Assembly (NCBI GenBank): GCA_047495785.1
Contig: JBLDXI010000004.1
Span: forward strand, 1,922,001-1,986,000
From: Lepidodermella squamata
Taxonomy: Eukaryota > Animalia > Gastrotricha
Direction of reading: 5' to 3'
Length of the DNA: 64,000 nt
Made by a program: the position numbers and the translations under genes. The notes under the pieces are model-generated. The model was not told where the DNA came from. It saw nothing but the letters and a program-made list of their open reading frames with translations, and searched no databases. Positions 63,558 through 64,000 of this stretch are shown here, one piece after another (positions within the stretch are counted from its first letter, which is position 1; every line of letters starts with the position of its first letter).

Positions 63558-64000
63558 GGGCAGACCGCCGGAACAGCAAATACCGAAAACAGCGAAACCG
63601 ACATGACAGCGAAAATTTAATTTGCGCATAACAGCAACCGACGTAATAGCTAATAATCCCTTTTGCGTCAAAACAGCGACGATTTATTAATATCATTATG
63701 AGTTAGCGACATAACAGCAAATATGCAAAATAGGAAAGCAACAAAACAGCGAGTCATAAATTTTATACAAAACAAAGCATAAATTAATTAGTCAACAATT
63801 CTAAGGGAATGTTCCGATTTTTGTCTTTTTTCATTTCGAAGTGTAAAACAATAGTCACAAGGTGCGCTTCCAAAGATTTAAAATCATGTAGTGATTCAGT
63901 ATCAAGCGACGAGCAAATTTTTTGCAAAGCAAGATTGTGTTTGACTTCGGCTGGGTAGGACCTCTTATATTTTTCGCCAGCCGCGCGAGCCATAAGACGG

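Overview
Eukaryotic (invertebrate-like) genomic DNA with short spliceosomal introns and dense, nested transposons; no prokaryotic operon, CRISPR or rRNA signal. The backbone is a tandemly multiplied three-part cassette: (i) a minus-strand secreted trypsin-family protease with 2-3 C-terminal CCP/sushi modules (5 copies: two apparently intact, three disrupted), (ii) a minus-strand, ATG-less ankyrin-repeat exon that always lies downstream of a protease copy and is splice-phase compatible with it (4 open copies with a hypervariable loop), and (iii) a plus-strand, highly divergent class A GPCR with opsin-like motifs including a TM7 lysine (5 partial or pseudogene copies, none complete here). An 8.4 kb block is duplicated almost perfectly (offset 20,420). 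Mobile DNA includes a 9.8 kb CMC/EnSpm (CACTA-like) element with a transposase, a BEN-domain gene and further intron-containing orphan genes inside a four-level nest, a Tc1/mariner-type non-autonomous element holding a 191-bp tandem array, several non-LTR retrotransposon fragments, a Gypsy integrase/LTR remnant and many MITEs. The strongest hypothesis is a spliced signal peptide-trypsin-CCPx3-ankyrin fusion family with diversifying binding surfaces; it rests on sequence inference only and needs transcript evidence. All alignments were done by eye.
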